DNA from: an uncultured Chlamydiae bacterium
GTDB taxonomy: Bacteria > Chlamydiota > Chlamydiia > Chlamydiales > JAJFMA01
DNA length: 64,000 nucleotides
Assembly (NCBI GenBank): GCA_963713615.1
Contig: CAVQMM010000001.1
Location: 3,328,001 to 3,392,000 of the forward strand
Reading direction: 5' to 3'
Position 1 is the first letter of the stretch; every line of letters begins with the position of its first letter. Both the position numbers and the translations under genes were made by a program. The notes under the pieces were generated by a model that saw only the letters and a list, made by a program, of their open reading frames with translations, was not told where the DNA came from and did no database searches. Of the stretch, positions 46,862-56,608 are shown one piece after another.

Positions 46862-48724
46862 ATGCCCGGAACCATGCCAGGAGTTGGTGGTGGTGTCGAT
46901 GGTCCAACATACGCCGATTACCAAGATGTAACTGACCAAAACCAACTTGCCGGTGCTGCAAACGCTGTACGCGAAAAGCTCAATCTGCTTCCTGATACCT
47001 TAGTTTTGACAATTGCTAAGTTCTCGGGAGAAGTGAAGTTGTATGCTGCTAAGGCTGATGCGCCGGTAGTGCCAGCATTCATTAAATTGCGTTCTAGTGG
47101 CTCCCTGGAGACCACTAAGAATTCTCTTGATGATATGCAGAAGGAGTTTATGCGCTTTGTCGAAATGCTGCCTCCCAAGCTGCGCGTACTATTGCTGAAA
47201 AATATGGGGTTGCCAAAAAAATTGCAGGACCCTGAACTCAATGGTTTCGAAAAAAGCCTTCATGAGCATGTGAAGGTCAAGCTTTGGGCGCGGTCAATCC
47301 TTAATCGCTTCCGCAGAGGGGATAAAGAAGAAGGTGATGATGAGGAAGAGCGCCGCGAACGACAAGGCATCTTCTCTCTGGAAGAAGAAGAAAATTTCCT
47401 ACCAGAAGGGACGATAATCCCAGAAACTCACTATGTTCCCATCGGTAAAGTTGATCCTTATGAACAAACGGCTAGCGAAGTGACCAAGCAGATACAGGCT
47501 AATACGGTGTTTATGCTGGAATATCAGCTGGGTGTTTTAAAACTCTATCTATCCTCTTTAGAGACTCAGGATCCCGCTCGCGAACTATTAAAGGACTTCC
47601 CGCGATTAATCTCCCGAATGATAAGACAATCCAAAGCTTTTGTTAATGTTCGCAACTTCCTGGACTTTGAAAAAGCCAAGAAGGTTGCTACAGGTTTAAA
47701 AAAAATTGATCCTTCGCTGATTCAAGAGCAACGCAGATTGCTGGAGATCGCTCAAAGGTATAGTTCTGGGGGCCCGTCGCAAGGTGCCGTTGCATTTGCC
47801 ATAGCATCTTTGAACCTTGCTGTGATCGGTTGTCAACTACTACGTAGCAGCTGTTCGTTATCAGCCCTATGCACGGAGGGCTCTGCGTTGTTACATGGAT
47901 GCTTACTTAGTTCCTCTACAGTTGTTGGTAAAGCCTTGATGGGCATTTCCAATAAATTGTCGGAGGGATTTCAATTTATGGGCCTCTCTCCAGGGGTCGT
48001 CCAGATCCTGCAGATGGTGTTGCTGTGTATCGGTCCAGTGATGATGGTAAGCGCCTTAGAGGACACCTTGCCAGTGCTAGCTGCCTATTCAAGCGACACT
48101 GCAGAGCACATTTTTGGAGCCTTAGAAACATCGGGGCTGCAAGCTGAAGAGGAAGAGCCTATAGAAGGCGAAAAGCGCTTAGACCAAATATCAAGAGAGT
48201 CCGTCGTCAGGCTAGCTTCAACGGTTACAATGATGACCAAAATTGCCTTTCATGTAACGCAAAAGCTATTGAAAAATATTACTGGCCCCTCAGAGCAGAG
48301 ATCTTTTGATGTTGAAGCTCTCTGTGTGCAATTGGTCATCTTGCTCTCAGCGGTACTCAGTGGAAGTTATTTATTTGAAAAAGTAGGAGATGCTAGCGCA
48401 GTCCTCTTTGGCAACCTAATAACAGGGACCTTGCAAGCACATGCTGTGCAGCTACAGCATCTCATCGACCTTGGAGAGATCAAGCCTGAAATAGCAAAGG
48501 CCTTAAATGGCCTTAGGCTGTCCGAGATAGCCTTTGAAGGCCAACGTATCTCCGAGTTACTTAACTCAAGAGAATCCGCCCTAGAGATTCTTGGAATACG
48601 TGCAAAGGATTTGAAACAGGGTTGTGAAGAACTGATACAACTTGCCGCGTTTTTCGCACTGCTACAAACCCTGTTGAGGCAGGAACGTAGGCAAGTGACA
48701 CCAAACGTCAGCGTTCTCGCATAG
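46862..48724 (+). CDS. Divergent CopB-like protein
   Basis: Blocks aligning with 49447-51525 (EFMRFVEMLP..LR..LLKNM versus EFMSMVNQLP..LR..LLKDM); hydrophobic segments; GGGAGG RBS before ATG 46862. Confidence 0.65.
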   Translation: MPGTMPGVGGGVDGPTYADYQDVTDQNQLAGAANAVREKLNLLPDTLVLTIAKFSGEVKLYAAKADAPVVPAFIKLRSSGSLETTKNSLDDMQKEFMRFVEMLPPKLRVLLLKNMGLPKKLQDPELNGFEKSLHEHVKVKLWARSILNRFRRGDKEEGDDEEERRERQGIFSLEEEENFLPEGTIIPETHYVPIGKVDPYEQTASEVTKQIQANTVFMLEYQLGVLKLYLSSLETQDPARELLKDFPRLISRMIRQSKAFVNVRNFLDFEKAKKVATGLKKIDPSLIQEQRRLLEIAQRYSSGGPSQGAVAFAIASLNLAVIGCQLLRSSCSLSALCTEGSALLHGCLLSSSTVVGKALMGISNKLSEGFQFMGLSPGVVQILQMVLLCIGPVMMVSALEDTLPVLAAYSSDTAEHIFGALETSGLQAEEEEPIEGEKRLDQISRESVVRLASTVTMMTKIAFHVTQKLLKNITGPSEQRSFDVEALCVQLVILLSAVLSGSYLFEKVGDASAVLFGNLITGTLQAHAVQLQHLIDLGEIKPEIAKALNGLRLSEIAFEGQRISELLNSRESALEILGIRAKDLKQGCEELIQLAAFFALLQTLLRQERRQVTPNVSVLA

Positions 48725-48760
48725 GAAACAAGGAATAGGAATTAGGAGGAGGAAAAGCAC

Positions 48761-49420
48761 ATGGTCGATCCCAAAGAATTGGATGAAGCCCTCAAAATGG
48801 TGGCTGATGAAACTTCAAAAGAGCTAGAGCCTGCTGTTAATGCGGTTGTGGATAACATGCTGAATAAGCAGATGTTCCCCATGGACGCTATGGGCATGGA
48901 CCATAAGATTGTCGAAGCAACCTATATGCAAGCTGTACACCTTTATAACACAGCGCAATATATAGAATCAGCGAAAGCCTTTCATGCGCTTGTGTTGCTT
49001 CACCCCGCGGAGGTAAAGTTCTATATTGGCCTAGCAGCCTCCTATCACATGGTAGAAGAGTATGATGGTGCCCTCACAATTTATGGATACATCGGTGTAC
49101 TCGATCCAGAAAGCCCAGTCCCTCACTATCATGCATCAGATTGCTACCTCAAGATGGACATGACCTCTCCAGCTATCGCTGAGCTACAAATTGCCATGCA
49201 GCTATGTGGTGATCAAGCACAGTACGCTATGATCAAAGACCGATGTCAAATCACAATCAATGCTTTGCAAGAACAAGCAAACACATCAGCTGCTCCAAAC
49301 GTATCTTCAGGACCACCACCGACGATATCAGCAGCACCACTGACGAAATCTTCAGCACCATCGATGGCGCCAAAACCACCTACCATAAAGGTTGCGCCAC
49401 CAGGCATTAAAAAGAAATAA
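48761..49420 (+). CDS. SycD/LcrH-family class II T3SS chaperone, copy 2
   Basis: EATYMQAVHLYNT, FYIGLAASYH and PHYHASDCY motifs; Pro-rich tail. Confidence 0.92.
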   Translation: MVDPKELDEALKMVADETSKELEPAVNAVVDNMLNKQMFPMDAMGMDHKIVEATYMQAVHLYNTAQYIESAKAFHALVLLHPAEVKFYIGLAASYHMVEEYDGALTIYGYIGVLDPESPVPHYHASDCYLKMDMTSPAIAELQIAMQLCGDQAQYAMIKDRCQITINALQEQANTSAAPNVSSGPPPTISAAPLTKSSAPSMAPKPPTIKVAPPGIKKK

Positions 49421-49446
49421 ATGGGAATGGGTAAGGAGGAAAATTT

Positions 49447-51525
49447 ATGTGCAGCTCACCAATAGGCGGCGGCGGAGCCAACATTAATGATTTCAGTGCG
49501 CTTTTGGGAGGTGTGAATGGTCCTGATCAAACAACTGGCACAAACGCTACCACAGCAACGCAACAAGCCAATCCTGCTCCTGCTCAAGATGTCCTTGAAT
49601 TTAGATCCCAGCTTCAAGCTCCTCAAACGACTACGTACCAGGCGCCAGCTAACAAACCGACATTATCTCCAACTGTGCAACTGCCACCTCCACCTGCTGG
49701 AGCTAGTCAGGCACCTGCCAATACGAGCAATCAGCAACAAGCTGAATTCATGAGTATGGTGAACCAATTGCCTGCAGGTTTACGCAGTTCACTTCTTAAG
49801 GATATGGCTAAGCCACTAGCTCAACGAAATCCACAGCTTACCGGCTTGGAGTCAACACTGAATAAAGCCGCTACCGTTGCCACTTGGGCAAAACAAATTA
49901 ATCAAGGTAATGCCCAAATGAGCAATGTCCCGGCGGGCCTGCAAAGCCAAGTAGCTCAAAGCCTTCAAGGTGGAGGTCAGCCCTCCGCACAGCTACAGAC
50001 ACTTATGGGTAAAGCCTCTCTAACGCCGCAGGATGCGCAAATGCTCAAGAGTCTGGCTCAAACACCTGGAGCTGTCAGTCCTCAGCAATTCGCTGCGATT
50101 AACGCCAAACTCCAACAAGGAGGATTTGGTACCGTCACTCCACCATCAGGCGCAGGTCTTGCTGCTACAGGAGCTGCAGGAGGGGCTGTTCCTATGGGTA
50201 AGCCGGAGCCGGTTAATGGAGTCATGCCTGCCGCTATAGATGTAACCTCAATGTCACCCGATCAGATAAATAAACAGATGCAAGTCAACTCGGTTCAAGC
50301 TCTCAAAAATCAAGTCGCAGTAGCTCATACACATCTTAAGGAACTGCCGCCGGGGTCTGCCCAAACGACCTTGGCTGACTACCTAAAATGCATTACCTCT
50401 GTCATTACCCAAATTCAACAAATCCTTGGATCAATGAGCGCAGCAGATACTGCAAGAGGTGCAAAGCAGGTCATGGCCGAAAAGGATGATATGGATGCCA
50501 AAATGGCAGCGGCGATGAAGTCTCTTCAAAAAGCCGAGGAAATTCAGAAAGTCATGGGTGTTATTAATACGGTCATGAAAATTCTGGGTCCTTTAGCTGC
50601 TGTCGTTTGCTTGGTACTCGCTATTGCAACCGGAGGTGTTCTGGCTATCTTATTGGCAGTCGTTATGCTCGTCATCGCACTCCTGTCTTCTTGTACCAAT
50701 ATCATCAATGAACTGATGAGTAAGCTCATGAGTGCAGTCACGAGCGTATTCCAGCATATGGGTCTGTCCAGTAATGAAGCTGCTGTCCTGACTATGGTGA
50801 CTATGATTGTTATAACCATTGCATTAGCCGTAGTGACCAGAGGGGCTGTTTTAGAAGAAGCCGGTGGAATGGCCGCTGATGAGGCAGAGGTGGATGCTAC
50901 TACTGCACAAGACTCCATCGCAGCAGGTGCTAAAGGAGCTGAAGAAGGTGCCAAAGCAGGAGAGGACAAAGGTGGGGCTACATCCCTCCAAAAACTAGTA
51001 GCCAATATGGAGGCTGGAAGCGCTGCCCAAGATGTCATGGGGAACAGCAATAATTGCATCGAACAAGGCATGCTACCTATTCTAGAAAAGATGGGCTTTG
51101 ATCCCAAAGCCGCTAAAATGATCGCCATGATCATGCAAATGCTGACCATGATGGTGATCGGTATCGCTGCCGGCGGAGGTCTGAAAGGTATGAGCGACGT
51201 TGCACAAGAAATGGCATCGGCAGGTGAAGAATCTACTGCTGCCCTGATGAACATGATGAAAAACTTACAGACCGCTGTTGAGGCTACCACAGATGCTGTG
51301 AGCTCTATTGGACATCTAGAACTCGCTAAACTGGACATGCAAAAAGCTGATTTAGACGCCCAAACCGTACTATACTCCGCTAATATAGACCTGTTTGACA
51401 AGGACCGCAAGCTCCGCGATTCAAGTACTAAAGCAATCGACGATCTCGTCCAATCATACGGTCAAATGTTTAGCAATATTATAAATAATATGGAAAAAAT
51501 ATTAAGTCAAACATTTCCAGCGTAG
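49447..51525 (+). CDS. copB: Major translocator (CopB/YopB/SctE-like)
   Basis: Follows the chaperone; coiled coil, then long hydrophobic segments (LAAVVCLVLAIATGGVLAILL..., VLTMVTMIVITIALAVVT); C-terminal coiled coil. Confidence 0.75.
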   Translation: MCSSPIGGGGANINDFSALLGGVNGPDQTTGTNATTATQQANPAPAQDVLEFRSQLQAPQTTTYQAPANKPTLSPTVQLPPPPAGASQAPANTSNQQQAEFMSMVNQLPAGLRSSLLKDMAKPLAQRNPQLTGLESTLNKAATVATWAKQINQGNAQMSNVPAGLQSQVAQSLQGGGQPSAQLQTLMGKASLTPQDAQMLKSLAQTPGAVSPQQFAAINAKLQQGGFGTVTPPSGAGLAATGAAGGAVPMGKPEPVNGVMPAAIDVTSMSPDQINKQMQVNSVQALKNQVAVAHTHLKELPPGSAQTTLADYLKCITSVITQIQQILGSMSAADTARGAKQVMAEKDDMDAKMAAAMKSLQKAEEIQKVMGVINTVMKILGPLAAVVCLVLAIATGGVLAILLAVVMLVIALLSSCTNIINELMSKLMSAVTSVFQHMGLSSNEAAVLTMVTMIVITIALAVVTRGAVLEEAGGMAADEAEVDATTAQDSIAAGAKGAEEGAKAGEDKGGATSLQKLVANMEAGSAAQDVMGNSNNCIEQGMLPILEKMGFDPKAAKMIAMIMQMLTMMVIGIAAGGGLKGMSDVAQEMASAGEESTAALMNMMKNLQTAVEATTDAVSSIGHLELAKLDMQKADLDAQTVLYSANIDLFDKDRKLRDSSTKAIDDLVQSYGQMFSNIINNMEKILSQTFPA

Positions 51526-51583
51526 TATTGTTAATTTTAATGTAAGTTGTTATTACTGTTAAGTTAAATGGGAGAATTAGATT

Positions 51584-52621
51584 ATGGGAAATATTGATAG
51601 CTCAGGATCGAGTTATGAACAGCTACTTCAGCAGCAGCAACAACAACAGGCTGCTGAATCTGCTCAATCTGCACAAGCTGCTCAAGCGACGACGGCAACT
51701 CAAGGGGTTCAGGCTCCTCAGGCTCAAGATCAGATGGTCAGTGCAAGAGGGGCTAGTGGAGTCTCTGCAGCTCCAGCGGCAGGTAGACCTAGTCTACAAG
51801 CGCCTACAAATGACAGCACATCCGCCGCTTCGTGGTTTGCGAACCCTAATGTAGTCGCAAAAGTGGTTAATACAGACAAAGCAGTTGCTGCGCAAGAGCA
51901 GGCTGAACGTCAACAGGACGTGGCTGCTAACAAGGAGCTGGAGGCGACGGAGGCCAACGCTAAAACTCAAGCAGGCCTAACAGAGCAAGCTGGTATGGAT
52001 AAAGCTGCCGGAGACCTGGCGCAAGCAGCTGCTAGCGCAGGATCAGCCGGGGGCGGCGCAGCAGCACTGGCGAAAGATCACAAAGATTCGGTCCAAGAAG
52101 AAAGCGAACTCAAAAAACTCAGTCAAGGCGGTCCCGAAGGCCCGCAAAAAGAACAGATAGCTCAACACGACAAGGCAATCGAGTCGATTCAGAAGCAAAT
52201 TACGGATTTGGGCGACGGCCATGTAGAAGTATCAGTAACAGAGAAAAAAACTAAAACATTGGAGTACGAATCTCAAATACAACAACATAAAGTTGATAGG
52301 GCAAAAGTCATGACAAAGGCCAAGGCTGAAATAAAGGCCGAGCATCAAAGACACAAAGCAGAGCGAGATACGCAGCTACAGGTACTCCAAGGAGTTTCAC
52401 AAACAGGTGGAAGTTTAGGACAAGCAGTTACGGGTTTGGCCTCTTCACAAGCGGAAGCACAAAATCAGGAAGTACAAGCAGTTCAGGACATCAACAGCAA
52501 GTCTGAAGATCAAATGATCAAGGGTTCCGACGCATCCAAATCAGCAATCAACGACCTCATTCAGGCCCAGAATCAGTATATCCAAACGCAAGGCCAAGCT
52601 ATTAGCTTTCGGCCAAACTGA
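51584..52621 (+). CDS. Minor translocator (CopD/YopD/SctB-like)
   Basis: Follows copB; RPSLQAP chaperone-binding-like motif; A/Q-rich helices. Confidence 0.6.
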   Translation: MGNIDSSGSSYEQLLQQQQQQQAAESAQSAQAAQATTATQGVQAPQAQDQMVSARGASGVSAAPAAGRPSLQAPTNDSTSAASWFANPNVVAKVVNTDKAVAAQEQAERQQDVAANKELEATEANAKTQAGLTEQAGMDKAAGDLAQAAASAGSAGGGAAALAKDHKDSVQEESELKKLSQGGPEGPQKEQIAQHDKAIESIQKQITDLGDGHVEVSVTEKKTKTLEYESQIQQHKVDRAKVMTKAKAEIKAEHQRHKAERDTQLQVLQGVSQTGGSLGQAVTGLASSQAEAQNQEVQAVQDINSKSEDQMIKGSDASKSAINDLIQAQNQYIQTQGQAISFRPN

Positions 52622-52638
52622 GATTAAAACTAATTTGG

Positions 52639-52667
52639 GAGTGCAGCTAGCCATCACTGCACTCTTT
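52639..52667 (+). terminator. Intrinsic terminator
   Basis: GAGTGCAG/CTGCACTC stem followed by TTT, after the translocator genes. Confidence 0.55.
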
Positions 52668-52671
52668 GCGT

Positions 52672-52904
52672 TCACAATCCTTGCTCGGCGCGCTTTGGAG
52701 TGAGTGCGGTCGCTTGCAACCGCTTTTCGTTTCTTGTGACGGTCGCGTGAAATGGCATCACGATCATTCGCTAAAGGCAAAATAGTTAGTACATGCAGCC
52801 TAACCGAATCCGTACAATGCCGTTTAGCACGACCGTCGCAAGGAAGGCAAAGCGGTCGCAAGCGACCGTACTCAAAAGCGCTGTGCGCCGAGAGACGATT
52901 GTGA
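52672..52904. repeat. Family F REP-like pair, stand-alone diverged copy
   Basis: GAGTGCGGTCGCTTGC.ACCGCTTT...AAAGCGGTCGCAAGCGACCG, with a spacer homologous to the 40.35 and 63.23 kb copies but no G TIRs. Confidence 0.88.
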
Positions 52905-52924
52905 GGTTTCAGGAAGAGAGGAGT

Positions 52925-52940
52925 TGGCCCACGACTTGCA
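52925..52940 (+). promoter_or_regulatory. Putative sigma54 -24/-12 promoter
   Basis: TGGCCCACGACTTGCA (GG-N10-GC, TTGCA), about 30 nt before the scc4 start. Confidence 0.6.
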
Positions 52941-52969
52941 TTAAGTAACGATAACGAGGGAGTAAGACT

Positions 52970-53365
52970 ATGAAACTCGCACAATTGATGGAGCTATTTG
53001 GCAAAGAAATTGGCTTTACCGGGCCCTACCCTCAGAATGATCAGGGTGCCTATGTGGTGCAAATGGAACCAGAGGTATCCTTTCTCGTTACCGATCTTAA
53101 CCCAACCATCAGCCTTTCTTGTGCAATTGCACCTTGTCCTAAGCAAGGCACCGATAGCTTTCATACCCAGATGTTGCTTGCTAACCTGTTCGGTCAAGGC
53201 ACAGAAGGGGCTGTTTTAGGTCTTACCGATGATGGTAATACCTTGACCCTATCAAAAGAAATAGAATACAATATTGACTATGAGCAGTTTAAAGAGATCC
53301 TAGAAGACTTCATGAACGCGATAGACTTTTGGCGCAGTGAGGCCCTTAATCCTAACACGACCTGA
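52970..53365 (+). CDS. scc4: CesT-family class I chaperone (CT663/Scc4-like)
   Basis: MLLANLFGQGTEGAVLGL...F...LEDFMN..DFW; first gene of the chlamydial cdsD operon. Confidence 0.85.
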   Translation: MKLAQLMELFGKEIGFTGPYPQNDQGAYVVQMEPEVSFLVTDLNPTISLSCAIAPCPKQGTDSFHTQMLLANLFGQGTEGAVLGLTDDGNTLTLSKEIEYNIDYEQFKEILEDFMNAIDFWRSEALNPNTT

Positions 53366-53441
53366 ATATTCTGCCATTAAAATAGGTGCTAGAATATAGT
53401 CGAGGCCCCATGTTTTGGAATCTCTGTGTGGTAAATGAAAT

Positions 53442-55250
53442 ATGACAGCAAAATTAATAGCTGAAGAGGGTACTTTAGAGGGCTTAGTTCTCTCCTTCGA
53501 TGAAGGAGATGAGTGGCTCATCGGTCGCGACCCCGACACTTGCCAACTTCTGGTGGAAGATCCAGAGGTCTCGCGAGAACACCTTGTAGCACGGAAACTT
53601 CCCGAAGGCATCGCGGTCGAAAACCTCAGCACAACAAATCCCGCATTAGTCAACGATGAAGTGATCATCGGCTCTCGCGTCCTCAATCATGGCGACACCG
53701 TCAAAATCGGTAGCGGGATGTTTCGCTATTATACGGAAATTGGCGGCCATCAGATGGGATCTAGTGCGTCCAAAGCCGCTGATGTCAATGGAGACGAAGG
53801 TGACGAAGCCGAAGAATCCAGCGATACCCTCTTCGAAGAAGGGGAAAGTCCAGCTGATAAAATGCTCGCTGAAATCGATTTTAATGTCTCTAGCACTGGA
53901 CGATGGATGCTGAAGGTCATCGGTGGGCCTAACCACGGCGCCGAGTTCTCCATGGAGCCAGGCCACACCTATACGATAGGAACCAACCCAGCGGCATGTG
54001 ATATCGTTTTTCACGACGGCACCGTTTCTCGTCAACATGCGAAGCTGAGCATCAGCGCCGATAATCGGGTCGTCCTGCAAGATCTAAAAAGCCGCAACGG
54101 TGTCTATGTCGACGATAAGAAGATCAAGGGCAAAGCGGATTTGGCGTCTAACAGCATGATAGCTTTAGGAACAACACGCTTTATCATTTTCGATCGTGAG
54201 GCTGACCGTTCGACGATCATTACCCCTCTATTGCCCTCAATTGTCAAAACCCTCAAGGAAGAAGACAATAGAAAAACAACCTCCAAACCTAGGCCTAAGG
54301 TTGAAAAGGTCATTGTCGCACCAGCTCCACGACGTGCCAAGAGCGGTAACTTTACAGGTAAACTTGGCCTCCTCATCCTCGTCATTGCCCTCTTTGCCAT
54401 AGTAGGGATGGGGACGACCTCCCTTTTCCGCACCTCTGAAGTCGTGGTACCGCATGTCGATTATAATGCGGAACTGGACAAAATTATGATGGTCTATCCA
54501 ACAGTGAAGTATTCCTTCAATGAGTCAAATGGCAACCTACTGCTCATCGGTCATGTGCTAAAGTCCACCGACAAAGCCCAGCTACTCTACAACCTCGACA
54601 CCTTGCCATTTGTCCGTAACAAGGACGATACTAACCTAATCATCGATGAAGGCATTCTTCAAGATATCAATCAGCAGATTGGCCGAAATCCCTTGTGGCG
54701 TGGTGTTAACATGACCGCTCCCTCGCCGGGGCGCTTTGTCCTTAATGGCTACCTGACAACGCGAGAACAAGCAGAAAAACTCTTCGACTATATCGCTCAA
54801 AACTTCCGCTTTCTCGATCTATTAGAAAAACGCGTTTTTGTTGAAGAGGACGAAATCGCAAGTATTCGAGCTCTCCTGCAAGAACAGGGTTTTAAAGATG
54901 TCGCCGTGCAAATGACCAATGGTGAACTCACCTTGTCCGGTACCATCACCGCCGGCAAAGGACCCATTCTGGAGAAAGTTATTGCCAACTTTAAGAAAGA
55001 TGCCGCCGTTCGCACTGTTAAAAACTACGTAACCGAATTAGAAGTCGAGAGTTCCCTCGTCGATCTTACCGATACCTATAAGGTCACAGGATCCTCAAAT
55101 CGTGGTGGTAAAACAGTGAATATTGTCATTAATGGACGCATACTCGGTCCTGGTGATGTCTTGGATGGCATGACGATTACAGAAATTAAACGTGATGTGA
55201 TATCTTTGGAACGAGAAGGTATCAAGTATAAGATTGAATATAATAAGTAA
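53442..55250 (+). CDS. cdsD: T3SS inner-membrane ring protein with two FHA domains
   Basis: IGRDP..VSREH and VSRQHA..SRNG FHA motifs, TM helix, BON-like periplasmic domains. Confidence 0.92.
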   Translation: MTAKLIAEEGTLEGLVLSFDEGDEWLIGRDPDTCQLLVEDPEVSREHLVARKLPEGIAVENLSTTNPALVNDEVIIGSRVLNHGDTVKIGSGMFRYYTEIGGHQMGSSASKAADVNGDEGDEAEESSDTLFEEGESPADKMLAEIDFNVSSTGRWMLKVIGGPNHGAEFSMEPGHTYTIGTNPAACDIVFHDGTVSRQHAKLSISADNRVVLQDLKSRNGVYVDDKKIKGKADLASNSMIALGTTRFIIFDREADRSTIITPLLPSIVKTLKEEDNRKTTSKPRPKVEKVIVAPAPRRAKSGNFTGKLGLLILVIALFAIVGMGTTSLFRTSEVVVPHVDYNAELDKIMMVYPTVKYSFNESNGNLLLIGHVLKSTDKAQLLYNLDTLPFVRNKDDTNLIIDEGILQDINQQIGRNPLWRGVNMTAPSPGRFVLNGYLTTREQAEKLFDYIAQNFRFLDLLEKRVFVEEDEIASIRALLQEQGFKDVAVQMTNGELTLSGTITAGKGPILEKVIANFKKDAAVRTVKNYVTELEVESSLVDLTDTYKVTGSSNRGGKTVNIVINGRILGPGDVLDGMTITEIKRDVISLEREGIKYKIEYNK

Positions 55251-55319
55251 CTTATGTTAAAATGTAGTTATAGGAAAAGTAGGTCCGTTTGAGATCATAT
55301 TGAATGAAATGAGGTGATC

Positions 55320-55565
55320 ATGTTTGGACTAGGCAGCAAAGGCAAAGCAAAAGACGGCGATCAAGCGGTATTTGACCTTGAAAAAGACCTAGCTCACGCT
55401 AACAAGCGTAAGGAAGTCCAGCAACGCATACAGGCTAGGATGCTTCAAATAAAAGGCTTACTGAGAGTCGGACTATCAACTGAAGAATTTAATAACTTTG
55501 GATATCTACTTCATGGCTATGCAGCTTTATTAAAAGTAGTAGCAAGATTTGGAACCAAGGTATAG
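55320..55565 (+). CDS. cdsE: T3SS needle chaperone CdsE
   Basis: FDLEKDL...IKGLLRVG...LLHGYAALLKV; gene position. Confidence 0.85.
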   Translation: MFGLGSKGKAKDGDQAVFDLEKDLAHANKRKEVQQRIQARMLQIKGLLRVGLSTEEFNNFGYLLHGYAALLKVVARFGTKV

Positions 55566-55667
55566 AATAAAAAATGGGCATTACCTGACCTGACAGGTTA
55601 ACGGACTTTTCGACCTCTCCAATGAGTGAAAAGGTCATAATATATCCAGGGACCCTAGGAGGACCTT

Positions 55668-55910
55668 ATGGCAACTAATGAACAAGCGTTTAGTATGAGC
55701 GCTTTAGTAACTATCGTAAACAACTCTACAGTTAGCGCGAAAGCTAAGTTGACCGCAATTCAACAGCGCCGAAGTGCCATCAGCATCGCAGACATGTTTG
55801 ACATGCAAATGCTGATGAACCACCTCTCGCAGATGTCTGAAATGTCAACCGCGATTGTGAACGCTGCAAACTCTGCCATTGTGTCTATGGCTAGGAACGT
55901 CAAAGGCTAA
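55668..55910 (+). CDS. cdsF: T3SS needle subunit
   Basis: ISIADMFDMQMLMNHLSQMSEMST...MARNVKG. Confidence 0.9.
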   Translation: MATNEQAFSMSALVTIVNNSTVSAKAKLTAIQQRRSAISIADMFDMQMLMNHLSQMSEMSTAIVNAANSAIVSMARNVKG

Positions 55911-56109
55911 TCGGCGGCGAAAGTCTCTGCATCGCCTACAGCTTTGCAGAGACCGCCGAAGTATAGTCCGCGCTGACCTGGAACAGATACGATGAGAGAG
56001 GCTGTCGCTTCATGATTGCCAAAGGCTAAAGTAGAGCTGGCATTCCATGACTGCCAAATGCGTTTGCGAAGGACAAAGAAATTCTCATCTTTCCAAGGGG
56101 ATTGACTCT

Positions 56110-56565
56110 ATGAGCGAAGAAGATAAGCTCGAGGATTTTAGACACGATTTCGCATTATTGATAGAAGCGGGATTTGTGGCAGTTAAGCAACTCGATGAAT
56201 TAAGTGCTAGGCGCTTATTTGAGGGAGCTCAAGTATTGCGGCCTGATAGTACAGCCCCCCGGATAGGGCTGGGCTATATAGCCCTTAACAAATTGGAAAT
56301 CAAAGAAGCCTCCGGCATCTTTGAAGCCGTTGTTAAACAGGAACCAGAAAACTACTTAGCACAAGCCTTCTTAGGGATTTGCTACTTGTTAGTGAAGGCA
56401 AAGCGGAAAAAAGGCGAAGACCTGATCAACGATGCAGGTGAAAAATCAAACGACCCTACGGTTAAGAACTTATGTAATCTCGCTATCGAATGGGCTGAGA
56501 AGGATCTGAAAAAGAAAGACCATAAGGCGCCCTTCTTCTCAGGCGCTCAGAATGAAGAGCAATAA
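56110..56565 (+). CDS. cdsG: T3SS needle chaperone CdsG (TPR)
   Basis: DFALLIEAGFVAVKQLDE..ARRLF; start moved to MSEEDK. Confidence 0.88.
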   Translation: MSEEDKLEDFRHDFALLIEAGFVAVKQLDELSARRLFEGAQVLRPDSTAPRIGLGYIALNKLEIKEASGIFEAVVKQEPENYLAQAFLGICYLLVKAKRKKGEDLINDAGEKSNDPTVKNLCNLAIEWAEKDLKKKDHKAPFFSGAQNEEQ

Positions 56566-56608
56566 TCGCTAGTTAATACACATGACCTCTTTTGAAGAGG
56601 GGAGACTT

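Noticed and set aside
50544..51410. Long antisense ORFs (also 14969-15601, 57404-58030, 60834-61331)
   Set aside because: Shadows of well-supported genes on the opposite strand, with no recognisable motifs
51617..51650. PolyQ run in the CopD-like protein
   Set aside because: Short and mixed-codon; ordinary low complexity for T3SS substrates
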